Notes: generated from the letters alone by a model not told the origin. Counted from the first letter of the stretch, positions 1 to 10,255 are shown. The stretch is 64,000 nucleotides of DNA from Myxococcota bacterium (GCA_039028615.1 JBCCHT010000004.1:224001-288000); one strand, 5' to 3'. Made by a program: numbers and translations.

Positions 1-248
1 CAGGGCAGCACGCCCTTGCCCTGCCACTGGAACCGCCCGATGTTTTCCATGGCCCGAACGAATGTGTCCGCCAGGAGATCCTCGGCCAGCGTGCGGTCGT
101 GGACCAACGGGAGGATCGCGTACCGAAACACCGACGGTGCGTAGCGCTTGTACAGCGCCCGAAACGCAGCGGCTTCGCCAGCTTGCGCCCGCACCACGAG
201 GGCACGCTCATCGTCGGGAGACAGAACATTGGGATCGGATCCGTTCAC
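1..248 (-). CDS. ECF RNA polymerase sigma factor, 5' part (runs off left edge; missed by ORF track)
   Basis: Minus-strand translation VNGSDPNVLSPDDERALVVRAQAGEAAAFRALYKRYAPSVFRYAILPLVHDRTLAEDLLADTFVRAMENIGRFQWQGKGVLP fits sigma region 2. Start could be GTG 248 or upstream ATG 314. Confidence 0.85.
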   Translation of the reverse strand, partial: MNGSDPNVLSPDDERALVVRAQAGEAAAFRALYKRYAPSVFRYAILPLVHDRTLAEDLLADTFVRAMENIGRFQWQGKGVLP

Positions 249-584
249 GCTGAGTCGCTCGGCGGGCCTCGGAACTGCGCTTGTCACGCAAATTCGCACC
301 TGGGATTGGGCCATCGGCGCCGGGCACACAGGGAAACATCGCTCCTCGTGGGTGGCAACGGGGGCCCGCCCGCCGCCTTACATCGGCCCACGGGCCGGCC
401 CTTCGTGAGCGGTCGCTCGGCCGAGAAATCTTAGCGTTGAGCCAGACGAAACCGTGATTGGACCGATGACGTCCAAGGGGTACGAGCAGGGTCGATCACG
501 GCCTCGCTTGACCCCGATGGTGCGCGGCGGTATCCGCCCGAACGCAGATCGGGGCCTCGCCAAGTCCCCGCTCGTGGGGTTTCC

Positions 585-2321
585 GTGCACCTTCTCACGA
601 ACATTGCCGCTCTGCTTCTCGTCGCGCCCGCTCCCCAAACGCCGCCGGAGCCCGCTGCCGACGATTCCACCACCGCGCCCGCGGCTGCTCCTGCAGCTGG
701 GCCCGCGGTCGCCGATCCTCCGGCCGAGCCGGGCCCGGCCCCTGCTCCCGCGACGGCGCCCGACGATCCGCCCGCGCCTTCGGTCGAGATGACGGGGCTG
801 TCGGACGGCTACGAGCCGCCCTTCCCCAGCGACGAGCTCGAGCTTTCGGCCGTGCTGCAGCGCTCGCTCGAGACCAACCTCGACCTGAGCGTCAACGCCA
901 TCGACATCGACATCAGCGAGGCGCAGGTCCTGGCCGCGCTCGGGGCCTACGACGTGTTCATCACCGCGGGTGTCAACGGCAACATGTCCCAGACGCCGCA
1001 GCGTGGTTCTGCCTTCACCTTCGCTCTCGGTGCCCGCACGGTGGGCGCCAACTTCGGGGTGTCGCGTCAGCTGGAGACGGGCGGCAACGTCTCCGTCGAC
1101 ATCCGGGCGAGCCGCAACCTCACCGACCAGCCCATCAACTTCTTCGACGCCGACGCCGGCTCGCTGTCGCTGGCGACGTACTCCGTCGTGCCCACGCTGA
1201 CCGTCTCGCATCCGTTGCTCAAGGGCGCCGGGCTGCGAGTCAACCGAGCCGACATCAACCGGGCCAAGATCGCGGTCAGCCAGGCCGAGGCCACCCGTCA
1301 GCTCACCGCCCAGAACCTGGTGCGCGACATCATCAGCGCCTACTGGGATCTGCTCTTCACCCACCGCGACCTCGAGAACAAGCGCCGCAGCGTCGAGCTG
1401 GCCCAGAGCCAGCTCGAGCGTACGCGGGCGCTGGTGGCCGCCGGTCGCCTCTCGCCGGTCGACGCCAAGGCGGTCGAGCAAGCCCTGGCCGCGCGCGAGA
1501 GCGACGTCATCAATGCCGAGAACGCGCTGCTCGACGCCAGCCTCAACCTGCGCACCTTGATGGGCGAGTCGCTCGCCGACCAAGACACGCTGGGCGTGCT
1601 CCCCATGACCGATCCCGTGGTCAAGCCGCGACCGGTCGACATCAAGAGCGAGCTGCAAAACGCCATGGCTCAGAACCCGCAGGTGCGGCAGCTGCAGCTG
1701 GGCATCGAGAGCCGTCGCATCGACGAGCTGGTCGCGGCCAACAACCGCCTGCCGCAGCTCGACGTCAGCGGCTCGTTCACGCCGCAGGGTCGAAGTGTCG
1801 ACACCGTGCCCGACGCCCAGACCGGCGATCCCGGCACGCAGGGCAGCTGGCCCGAGGCCTTCCGCAACATCTTCAGCGACGACGTCCGCAACGACGGGCT
1901 GCTCGCCGACTGGACCCTCACCGGGCAGATCAGCCTGACCTGGGACGTGCAGAACCGCGGCCCCAAGGGTCAGCACGAGGCCGCCCTGCTGCAGCTGAAG
2001 AAAGCCGAGGTCCAGCTCGACCAGGTGCGTCAGCAGGTCGCGGCCGGCGTCATCCGGGCCGCCAACGGTCTGCGCACCGCCTCCAAGGTCATGGAGGTCG
2101 CCGACATCTCGCTCGAGCTCGCCAAGGAGAACCTCGAGGCCGAGCAGGCGCGCTTCGAGGTCGGTCGCTCGACCAACTACGACGTGCTCCAGCGCCTCGA
2201 CGAGGTCGACACGGCCGCCGCCTCCGCGCTCAGTACGCAGATCAACTACCTCAAGGCGTTGGTCCAGCTGCAGGCACTCAACGGCGAGATCCTCCCCGCC
2301 TACGGGCTCGATCTCCCCTAG
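585..2321 (+). CDS. TolC-family outer membrane efflux protein
   Basis: Signal peptide, Pro/Ala linker, two OEP-like helical repeats (DIISAYWDLL; ENLEAEQARFEVGRSTNYDVL). Confidence 0.9.
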   Translation: MHLLTNIAALLLVAPAPQTPPEPAADDSTTAPAAAPAAGPAVADPPAEPGPAPAPATAPDDPPAPSVEMTGLSDGYEPPFPSDELELSAVLQRSLETNLDLSVNAIDIDISEAQVLAALGAYDVFITAGVNGNMSQTPQRGSAFTFALGARTVGANFGVSRQLETGGNVSVDIRASRNLTDQPINFFDADAGSLSLATYSVVPTLTVSHPLLKGAGLRVNRADINRAKIAVSQAEATRQLTAQNLVRDIISAYWDLLFTHRDLENKRRSVELAQSQLERTRALVAAGRLSPVDAKAVEQALAARESDVINAENALLDASLNLRTLMGESLADQDTLGVLPMTDPVVKPRPVDIKSELQNAMAQNPQVRQLQLGIESRRIDELVAANNRLPQLDVSGSFTPQGRSVDTVPDAQTGDPGTQGSWPEAFRNIFSDDVRNDGLLADWTLTGQISLTWDVQNRGPKGQHEAALLQLKKAEVQLDQVRQQVAAGVIRAANGLRTASKVMEVADISLELAKENLEAEQARFEVGRSTNYDVLQRLDEVDTAAASALSTQINYLKALVQLQALNGEILPAYGLDLP

Positions 2322-2602
2322 CAAGCACCCGGCGCGCAGCCGTCATCGCACCCGCGTGCGGTGCGATCGCGTCGTGTCGTTCAGTCCCCACCATGGCGCG
2401 TGTGCTCGGCCCGCGATGGCCCGTGCACGGGTCGGGATCGCCGCCAGAAAACCCTGCAATGTCGAGGGGTGTCTGAACATTGCCGCCTCACTCGCGGACG
2501 CGCGAACGCTTGTCGTCGTCGGGCCGCACGTGATAGCTTGAAAATCCCCGAGGGTGTGATTCGCGCTCACATTTCAAGCCCACGGGACCACGGAGTTTCC
2601 AA

Positions 2603-2836
2603 ATGTCCTCAGCCGAGATCGCCGATAACAAGTGGGAGCTCAGCTCCACCAAGCCCCCTCTCAAGAGCGCGGGCGGAATCATGCAGTTGGCTCTCATGGG
2701 TGGCTTCGTTGCGCTGTTCGGCTGGTTGATCGGCTCTTCGGTCATCGGCCTCGTCACGCCCAAGGCCGAAGATGGCGGCCTCGCGGGCAAGTACAAGAAC
2801 ATGGGCGTCGACGGCGAAAAGGCCGCGGAAGAATAG
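2603..2836 (+). CDS. small single-pass membrane protein, hypothetical
   Basis: GGAG RBS, ATG start, one hydrophobic segment, GC-rich third positions. Confidence 0.65.
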   Translation: MSSAEIADNKWELSSTKPPLKSAGGIMQLALMGGFVALFGWLIGSSVIGLVTPKAEDGGLAGKYKNMGVDGEKAAEE

Positions 2837-2860
2837 TCGCCCTCGCGGGCTCGTTCCGCC

Positions 2861-3739
2861 ATGTCACGCGATCGCGTGATCCATAGCGACGATCTGCCCT
2901 GGACCTCGGAGGAGCGCGGAGAACTCTTCGCGCGCCGTCGTCGTCGTCTGGCGGACTCGACCGAAGCGCAGAACCTCGGGTGCAGCATGATCGAGCTGGA
3001 CCCGGGGAAGACCGCGTTCCCGTTCCACTATCACCTGGCGAACGAGGAAGCGCTGTACGTGCTCGCGGGAGAGGGCACGCTGCGCTTGGGTGCCGAGCGC
3101 GTGCGCGTTCGAACGGGGGACTACATTGCGTTCCCACCAGGCCCCGAGCACGCCCATCAGCTGACCAACACGGGCAGCGAGGTGCTGCGCTACCTCGTGG
3201 TCTCCACCATGGCTCGACCGGAGATCGCGGTCTATCCCGACTCGGGCAAGGTCGGCGTCTACGGCACGCTGCCGCCCGACAAAAACGGTGAGCCCCGCGG
3301 CGGTGCCATGTTCCCCATGGACGCACGGGTCGGCTACTGGGACGGCGAGGTCGAGCCCTCGGGCGATGCCGAGCGGGCCGAGTCGAGCGAGGCTCCCGAA
3401 GATCCCGTCGAGGCCCAGCGCCAACGCGAGGCGGCTCTCGACGAGAGGGTCGAGTCCGATCTCGAGGCGCTCAAGCGCAAGCTCGAAGCCGAGGGGCACA
3501 CACAGCCCTCAGCGCCCGAACCACAGCCCGAGCCCGAGCCTGCGCCGTCGTCCGACACCGCGGGCGACAGCGACATCGAGGACGATCTCGAGGCGCTCAA
3601 GCGCAAGATCGCGGCCGAGCGAGCGGGCGGTCAGTCGAAGGCCGACGCCGAACCGGCCGCCTCGTCGAGTTCATCCGCGAGCCCGAGACCCAGCGACGAT
3701 CTCGACGAGCTCAAGCGTCAGCTCGACTCCGATTCCTAG
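2861..3739 (+). CDS. cupin domain protein with repetitive C-terminal extension
   Basis: Cupin metal motifs PFHYHLANEE and PEHAHQL; tail has three DLxxLKR(K/Q) repeats. Confidence 0.85.
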   Translation: MSRDRVIHSDDLPWTSEERGELFARRRRRLADSTEAQNLGCSMIELDPGKTAFPFHYHLANEEALYVLAGEGTLRLGAERVRVRTGDYIAFPPGPEHAHQLTNTGSEVLRYLVVSTMARPEIAVYPDSGKVGVYGTLPPDKNGEPRGGAMFPMDARVGYWDGEVEPSGDAERAESSEAPEDPVEAQRQREAALDERVESDLEALKRKLEAEGHTQPSAPEPQPEPEPAPSSDTAGDSDIEDDLEALKRKIAAERAGGQSKADAEPAASSSSSASPRPSDDLDELKRQLDSDS

Positions 3740-3750
3740 TTCGAGACGGC

Positions 3751-4182
3751 TCAGCCCTGCGGCAAGCGAACCGGCACCATCGTCGTGCCCGGCTCCCCCA
3801 AAAACAGCCCGCGCACCTCGAGTCGGCGCTCCCGCTTGAACACCTGGAGCCGGTACCGACCCGCGGGTGGCTCCTCGATGGCGAAGACCCCCTGGTCGTC
3901 CGTCAAGGTGGTCAACTCCACCACCTCGGGCGCAGCGTCTTCGGCGACCTCGCGCTCGAGGAACACCGTGGCCTGCGCCAGCGGTATCGCGGTCTCCGCC
4001 GTCACCACCTGCCCCAGCAAGCACGAGTTGGCGGTGGCGCAGCGCGGCTGCACGAAGGTCACGCCACCCCGATGGGACGCGCGAACGGGCGGATTCGTGG
4101 GCGCAGGCACCGTACAGGCGGGGCCAAACCCCAGTGCGGTCATGAGCAAGGCTCTTACGGCGGTACGCATACCCTTCTTCAT
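3751..4182 (-). CDS. lipoprotein with carboxypeptidase regulatory-like domain
   Basis: Start MKKGMRTA; lipobox GPAC; GQVVTAETAIPLAQATV...TDDQGVFAIEEPPAGRY pattern. Confidence 0.7.
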   Translation of the reverse strand: MKKGMRTAVRALLMTALGFGPACTVPAPTNPPVRASHRGGVTFVQPRCATANSCLLGQVVTAETAIPLAQATVFLEREVAEDAAPEVVELTTLTDDQGVFAIEEPPAGRYRLQVFKRERRLEVRGLFLGEPGTTMVPVRLPQG

Positions 4183-4463
4183 CCCTCCGGCGCCCTGCCC
4201 GATCCCGTCCAGGCCCGCCCACCACGCTACCGGTGGTCCAGGGCCTCGTCCAGAGCCGCGGCAGGCGGCCATCGTGGTCTGCTCGAACTAACGCTGGCTC
4301 TGCCGCCGGCTTTCACCGGCGCCACCGACACTCGCGCCCCGCGGGACCAAACCCGGCAACGGCCCGTGAATGCTCCCGCAGGTGCTCTCGCTCGCCTGCC
4401 CTTTGCACGAGCGTGGACCGCGTCGTACGCTGAAGGCTCGAAACCGAGGCCGGAGCATTCAAC

Positions 4464-5189
4464 ATGGTGGGAATTCGCCGCGCGATCGCGCTTCTCTTCC
4501 TCAGCTTCTACGTCACGTACTTCGGGCTGACGGCAGCGCTGAATCCTGACTTCTTTGCCTGCTTCTTCGGCCTGACCATGGTCTACGGCATCGCGTTCGT
4601 AGGCCTGTCCGCGGAGTGGTTCTGGGCCCGGTGGTTCGCCATCGGGGTGGGCAACTTCGGCTCGTTGATCTTGCTGGTGTTGTTCCAGGCCGAGACCGTC
4701 GACCCGATCATCGTGTTCGTCGGCGGCACGCACTTGGCCATCTGGCTCATGCTGCTGGGGGAGGGCATGGCCGCCAAGTACGAGTACTCCGAGGCCACGG
4801 CCGAGCGCTGGAACCTGCAGGAGGAGTCGCTCATCCTCATGCGCCGCGCCATCAAGTCGGCCGGCACCACCCTGCCCTTCCTCATCCTGTGGGCCCTCGG
4901 TCCTCGCGAGGAAGCCCCGGAGATGCTGGCCCTGGGCCTCGGCGTCGCCGGCCTCATCGGCCTGCTTCGCGGCCGCACGTGGGGCGTGTTTGCGCTGGGT
5001 GGCGCGGGTGCCCTGGCCTTGGCCGCTGGGCTCGGCGCCTTTGGCCCTCCGGGCATCGGCGTCCTGCTGCTCACGCCCTCGGGCTCCACCGCCATCGCCG
5101 GCACCATCGCGGGGCTCCTGGCGGGCGGCCTGCTCATCGTGCCGCTCATCTACGCTCGCCCCATGCTCCGGTTCCTGCGGGCGCGCTGA
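4464..5189 (+). CDS. multi-pass membrane protein, hypothetical
   Basis: GGAG RBS; many hydrophobic helices; followed by a terminator. Confidence 0.75.
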   Translation: MVGIRRAIALLFLSFYVTYFGLTAALNPDFFACFFGLTMVYGIAFVGLSAEWFWARWFAIGVGNFGSLILLVLFQAETVDPIIVFVGGTHLAIWLMLLGEGMAAKYEYSEATAERWNLQEESLILMRRAIKSAGTTLPFLILWALGPREEAPEMLALGLGVAGLIGLLRGRTWGVFALGGAGALALAAGLGAFGPPGIGVLLLTPSGSTAIAGTIAGLLAGGLLIVPLIYARPMLRFLRAR

Positions 5190-5217
5190 GCGAACCTCTC
5201 GCGGTTTGCGATCAACG

Positions 5218-5250
5218 AAGGCCGAGCTCTCCCGAGCTCGGCCTTTGTTC
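5218..5250 (+). terminator. intrinsic terminator
   Basis: AAGGCCGAGCTC-tccc-GAGCTCGGCCTT hairpin followed by T-rich sequence. Confidence 0.75.
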
Positions 5251-5272
5251 GTTTGGGCGTATCCTCCCCCCG

Positions 5273-7171
5273 ATGTCGCCCCTGGATCCCGGTCGCCTCC
5301 GCCTGGCCCTGTTGGTCCTGCTCACCGCCCTGACCGCGTGTGCCCTGCCTCGCCGCGCCCACGCCAAGCCACCGACTCCCATCACGTATCGCCTCGAGAT
5401 CCCCGATCCGCATCGGCAATACGTGCACGTGACCATGGAGCTGTCGCCCGCCCGCGGCAAGCACTCGACCTTGGCCATGCCCGCGTGGACTCCCGGGTCG
5501 TATCTGGTGCGCGACCACGCTCGCCACGTCTACGACGTGCGGGCGACCGATCGAAAGGGCGCGGCGCTGCGGGTCGAGCACACCGACAAGCAGAGCTGGA
5601 CCGTGCACCACGGCGGCCGCCCCTTCACCGTTCGCTACCGGGTGTTCGCCAACGAGGCCAGCGTGCGCACCAGCCACGTCGACGATCGCCACGCGAGCCT
5701 GATGGGCACCAGCATCTTTCTGTACGTCGTGGGCGAGCTGTCCCGCGGCGCCCATGTCGACATCACCTTGCCGCCGAAGTGGTCGGCCCATACCGCGCTG
5801 GCTCCGGCCGAGCACTCCGCCGACGGGCACGCCGTGTTCTCGGCGCCCGACTACGACACCCTGGTCGACTCGCCGATCGAGCTGGGGACGCCCACCATCG
5901 CGACCTTCACCGTCGACGACACTCACTTCGAGTACGTGCTCACGGGAGCCGAAGGCACGAAGATCGACCTGGACCGGCTCAGCAAAGAGGCCGAGCAGAT
6001 CGCCCGAGCCCAGTCCGCCCTCATGGCGGGCCTGCCCATGCCGCGCTACCTGTTCCTGATGCGGGTGTCCCCGGTCGGTGGCGGCGGCCTCGAGCACGCC
6101 ACCAGCACCTCGATGATGATGTCCCGCGCCTCCTTCGACACGAGCGCGGGCTACAAGCGAGCGACGCGACTGGCCGCCCACGAGATGTTCCACCTGTGGA
6201 ACGTCAAGCGCATCCACGACCGTGTGCTCGGGCCCTTCGACTACTCCCGCGAGAACCACACGAAGCTGCTGTGGTTCCACGAGGGCTTCACCGAGACCAT
6301 GGAGGGGCTGAGCCTGGTGCGGGCCGGGATCGTCGAGCCGTCCGAGCACGTCGCGTCGCTGGGCAAACGCTGGACCACCTACCTCGGCAAGGCGGGGCGT
6401 AACCACGATCCCATCGAAGACATCAGCTTCGACGCCTGGACCAAGGCCTATCAGCCCTCCGCCAACCATCCCAACGTCTCCATCAGCTACTACGAAAAGG
6501 GCGACTTCATCGGGATCGTCCTCGACATCGAGCTGCGGCTGCGCTCGGCCAAAAACGGCCGGTCGGGGTCGGTGCCGGGGCTCTTTCGTCGGCTCATGGC
6601 CAGCCACGGCGCCTCCAATACCGGCATCACCCACGCGGACATCGTCGCGGCGGCGACCGCCGAGGCCGGGGAGCCCATGGATTGGTTCTTCGAGCGCTAC
6701 GTGCAGGGCACCGAGGAGATCCCACTCGAGACCCTGCTGCCGCAGATCGGCGTGAAGGTGGAGCAGAGCGCGGTGTGGCTCGACGACGACGGCAAGCTGC
6801 TGCCCGAGCTCACCCCGGCCCAGCGCCTCGCTCGCATCCACATCGGCCTCAAGCTCGACTCCGGGGCGACGGTCCGCAATGTGGAGCCCGGATCACCGGC
6901 CGATGGTGCCGGGCTCATGCGCGACGACCAGATCATCGCGGTGGCGGGTCGACGCACCGACGACCGCCGAACGGTCAACGTTCGGCTGGGCGAGCACGAC
7001 CCCGGGCAGCAGGTCGAGCTGTCGCTGTTCCGAGCTGGCCGCCTGCTACACCGCACGGTGACGCTGGCCGAGAACCCGCGGCGGACGTATCGCTTCTCGC
7101 TGCTGCCCACCGAGGAACTCAGCCCGGTGGTCGCCAAGCTGCGCGACGAGTGGCTCGCCGTGCTGCCCTAG
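5273..7171 (+). CDS. M61 glycyl aminopeptidase family metallopeptidase with PDZ domain
   Basis: MPAWTPGSY, GGGGLEH, HEMFHLWN (HExxH), WFHEGFT, SYYEKG; C-terminal PDZ (GSPADGAGL). Start trimmed to ATG 5273. Confidence 0.92.
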   Translation: MSPLDPGRLRLALLVLLTALTACALPRRAHAKPPTPITYRLEIPDPHRQYVHVTMELSPARGKHSTLAMPAWTPGSYLVRDHARHVYDVRATDRKGAALRVEHTDKQSWTVHHGGRPFTVRYRVFANEASVRTSHVDDRHASLMGTSIFLYVVGELSRGAHVDITLPPKWSAHTALAPAEHSADGHAVFSAPDYDTLVDSPIELGTPTIATFTVDDTHFEYVLTGAEGTKIDLDRLSKEAEQIARAQSALMAGLPMPRYLFLMRVSPVGGGGLEHATSTSMMMSRASFDTSAGYKRATRLAAHEMFHLWNVKRIHDRVLGPFDYSRENHTKLLWFHEGFTETMEGLSLVRAGIVEPSEHVASLGKRWTTYLGKAGRNHDPIEDISFDAWTKAYQPSANHPNVSISYYEKGDFIGIVLDIELRLRSAKNGRSGSVPGLFRRLMASHGASNTGITHADIVAAATAEAGEPMDWFFERYVQGTEEIPLETLLPQIGVKVEQSAVWLDDDGKLLPELTPAQRLARIHIGLKLDSGATVRNVEPGSPADGAGLMRDDQIIAVAGRRTDDRRTVNVRLGEHDPGQQVELSLFRAGRLLHRTVTLAENPRRTYRFSLLPTEELSPVVAKLRDEWLAVLP

Positions 7172-7189
7172 AACGCTCGTTGGCGTGGT

Positions 7190-8086
7190 TCAGCGCGAGG
7201 GTGCCTGCTCTTCGGCGGCGGGCAAGTCGGGCTCGAAGCCCGGGTCGGACTCCTCGTTGGGCAAGAACGAGGGCGGGTGCATGGTGCGAGCCCGACGGGA
7301 CAGCTGCCCCCACACGAGCGAGACCACCGTCCACGAGGTCGGCATCAACGCCATGAACTCGGGCAACACGCGGCCGAAGCCACACACGACGCCGGCCACC
7401 GCGTTGCTCACCACGAAGATCGTCAGCGCCTTGCTGCGGAGCCGGCCGAGCTTGGGCGTGGGCAGGTTGGACGCCATGAGGAAGGCGCCGACCAGCATCG
7501 CGGCGGGCATGTAGCCCCACACCGACATGGGGATCACCAGGTCGCCCAGCAGCCGCGGCCCTCGCATGAGCGCAGCCTGGCCCGTGGTCGTACCCAGCGG
7601 CGTGTACTGGAGGAACACCAGGTACCAGATGACCAGCGCGCCCGCGGCCAGCGTGGTCGGCACCCCGAAGAACATGTTGTTGGCCGTCGACGCGTCCTCG
7701 GTGATGACGTTGAATTTCGCCAGGCGAAACACGTTCGCCAACACCCAGACCGCACACGAGCCGAGCAGCAGAGTTCGCCCCACCCCCGCATCGAGGCCGA
7801 GCTCGGGGACCGCGCTGAGCGTGCAGTACATCAGCACCGCGGGCGCGACCCCGAAGTTGATCGCGTCGGCGAACGAGTCCATCTGCACGCCGAAGTTGCT
7901 CGTGGCCTTGAGCAGCCGCGCGACCATGCCGTCGATGCGGTCGACCAGCACCGCCCAGACGATGAGCCAGCCCGCGTCGGCGAAGCGCCCTTCGAAGCTC
8001 GCGACGATCGACAACAGCCCGAACAAGATTCCCGCCGAGGTGACGAGGTTCGGTGCCAGATAACGAAGCAAGCGTAGCGCGGGCAT
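7190..8086 (-). CDS. pssA: CDP-alcohol phosphatidyltransferase (phosphatidylserine synthase-like)
   Basis: PNLVT; DRIDGMVAR...FGVQMDSFADAINFGVAP signature; RLAKFN; FFGVP. Confidence 0.8.
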   Translation of the reverse strand: MPALRLLRYLAPNLVTSAGILFGLLSIVASFEGRFADAGWLIVWAVLVDRIDGMVARLLKATSNFGVQMDSFADAINFGVAPAVLMYCTLSAVPELGLDAGVGRTLLLGSCAVWVLANVFRLAKFNVITEDASTANNMFFGVPTTLAAGALVIWYLVFLQYTPLGTTTGQAALMRGPRLLGDLVIPMSVWGYMPAAMLVGAFLMASNLPTPKLGRLRSKALTIFVVSNAVAGVVCGFGRVLPEFMALMPTSWTVVSLVWGQLSRRARTMHPPSFLPNEESDPGFEPDLPAAEEQAPSR

Positions 8087-8406
8087 GCGGGCGGCCAGTA
8101 GAGCAGCAACGCCGCCCACAGGGCAACTGGCCGCGGATCGAGGGAGGTTCGACGTCGTCGGGGGACCGGGTGTCGGGGGGTATGGGGCCGCACGACCCCC
8201 GAAGTGGGCGCCGAACGCACGGCCTGCGCACGACCCCGGCAGTGCCCGTTCCGGCCCCGCCTTCGACTCCAGTCATCTCGAATGGCAGCGCCATCGAACG
8301 GGGCCGTGTGCTCACCCCGAGAGTCGGCGCACGGTGCTGCGGGGACCGCACCTGCGGGGATCCACGTCGTAGCGCGATGCCCCGCCGACCAGGCACCATC
8401 GATGGC

Positions 8407-9216
8407 GTGGACGCCTGCATCCGAGAGCCAGCCGTCGCCGGACGCTTCTATCCCGGACATCACGAGTCGTTGCGGGCCGAGCTGCAGGGCTTCATGCCGG
8501 ACGATGTCGATCCGCAGCTGACGATCGCGATGGTCGGACCGCACGCGGGCTACATGTACTGCGGGTCGATCCTCGGGGAGACCTACGCCCGCACCGTGGT
8601 GCCGCCGCGGGTGATCCTGTTGTGCCCCAATCACACCGGACGGGGTGTCGCTCGCTCGTTGTGGCCGAGCGGCGGGTGGCGCCTGCCCAGCGGTACGGTG
8701 CCCGTCGACGACGATCTGGTCGCGGCCGTCGAGCGTCACTGCGGCGCCACGCCGGATCAGGCGGCGCACCTGGGCGAGCACGCGATCGAAGTCCACCTGC
8801 CCTTCGCCCACGCCTACCAGCCGGACCTTCGAATCGCCGCGCTGTGCCTGGCCGGCCTCGACGTGGATGCCTGCGAAGTCGTGGGACGAGGACTCGCCCG
8901 GGTCGTCACCGAGAGCCCCGAGCCGGTCCTGCTCATCGCCAGCACGGACATGTCCCATTTCCTGTCCGCGTCCGAGGCCTCCCATGTCGATCACCTCGCC
9001 ATCGATCGCGTGACCGCCCTCGATCCGAGCGGCTTGTTCCGCACCGTTCGCGACCATCGAATCTCCATGTGCGGGGTCATTCCCACCACCGTTGCTCTGT
9101 TCGCGGCACGAGCTCTCGGTGCTCGCGAGGCGCAGCTCGTTCGCTATGGTCATTCGGGCCAAGTCAGCGGCGACCACGATCGCGTCGTCGGCTACGCGGG
9201 CTTCCGCGTGTACTGA
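8407..9216 (+). CDS. MEMO1-family protein (AmmeMemoRadiSam protein B)
   Basis: REPAVAGRFYP, PHAGYMYCG, PNHTG, EHAIEV, ASTDMSH, SMCG, VVGYA. Start uncertain. Confidence 0.9.
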   Translation: MDACIREPAVAGRFYPGHHESLRAELQGFMPDDVDPQLTIAMVGPHAGYMYCGSILGETYARTVVPPRVILLCPNHTGRGVARSLWPSGGWRLPSGTVPVDDDLVAAVERHCGATPDQAAHLGEHAIEVHLPFAHAYQPDLRIAALCLAGLDVDACEVVGRGLARVVTESPEPVLLIASTDMSHFLSASEASHVDHLAIDRVTALDPSGLFRTVRDHRISMCGVIPTTVALFAARALGAREAQLVRYGHSGQVSGDHDRVVGYAGFRVY

Positions 9217-9326
9217 CCTCATCCCACCCCGCGCCAGAACATTGATTGCCCCTGGCGCCGACCGTGATTTCACGGCGCGGTGAAACAATCGTTACGCCAT
9301 TTGCGCGCGCTGGATATGATCGGAGC

Positions 9327-9938
9327 GTGGGTCGGGGGAATTCGGGGGACGACGAGCAGGGAGACGGGCCGCTCGAACAACAGGTCAAGGGGCTCACCTT
9401 CCTCACCGCACGCAAACACTTCATCGCGCAACTGGGTGAAGAGGGATTCGGCGAACTCATCGGTCCGCTGGACGACGAGCTGTGCTCCTTGTTCGTCGAT
9501 GCCGAGCTCAACGGTTGGTACCCCGAGTCTCAGCTGCGCACGTTCATCTACCGCGTCCACAGCCACCTCGCGCAGGGTGACGACGAGCGCTTCATGGAGA
9601 TCGCACGCGACCTGGCGCTGGCCGGGATCAGCCGGTTCTTCCGCATGCTCATGAACCTCGCCTCCGCGCGCTTCGTGCTACGCAAGGTCCCCGTCGTCTG
9701 GACCCGATTGCGACGCGGCCCCGCCACCCTCGAAGCCGAGGTCACCGACGACGGTCGCGTGCTCGTCCACTACCGCGACTACTGCTACAGCGACGACCCC
9801 GTGTACCGCTTGCTCTCCGTCGCCAACTGCCAGGCCCTGGTCGTCGCCGCGACCGGCAAGGTCCCCGTCAGCGAAGTCGCCACCTTCGACGCCACCAGCA
9901 TGACTTTGTCCTTCGTCCTCCCCCAAAAGGGCGCCTAG
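9327..9938 (+). CDS. myxobacterial hypothetical protein (DUF2378/TIGR02265-like)
   Basis: VKGLTF...GWYPE pattern recalled from this family; GGAG before GTG 9327. Confidence 0.55.
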   Translation: MGRGNSGDDEQGDGPLEQQVKGLTFLTARKHFIAQLGEEGFGELIGPLDDELCSLFVDAELNGWYPESQLRTFIYRVHSHLAQGDDERFMEIARDLALAGISRFFRMLMNLASARFVLRKVPVVWTRLRRGPATLEAEVTDDGRVLVHYRDYCYSDDPVYRLLSVANCQALVVAATGKVPVSEVATFDATSMTLSFVLPQKGA

Positions 9939-10036
9939 AGCTGCTCTCGGCACCCGCACGCGGCTCATCGCCCGTCGCCAAGGGGTCCGCACTCGGCACG
10001 TCTCGCACCGACCCTGCGTGCTACGTTCCTTGCCAC

Positions 10037-10255
10037 GTGGAGCCGCTCGACCCCATGGATCTGACCTTCGAATCCTTCGAAGCACACGAGCGCACCCGGG
10101 GCGGCCCTGCCCGACGGGCCGCGATCGAGGCCGGCATCGATCCAACCGTCGTCGACTACAACCTCACGCTGACCCCGGAGCAACGCCTCGCCCAGCACGA
10201 CGCGATGCTCCGCCTCCTGCTTCACGCCCGAGCCGTGGTAGGCGGTCGGGGCTAG
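10037..10255 (+). CDS. small hypothetical protein
   Basis: Fills the gap; contains GIDPTVVDYNLTLTPEQRL; stop overlaps the convergent gene. Confidence 0.55.
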   Translation: MEPLDPMDLTFESFEAHERTRGGPARRAAIEAGIDPTVVDYNLTLTPEQRLAQHDAMLRLLLHARAVVGGRG

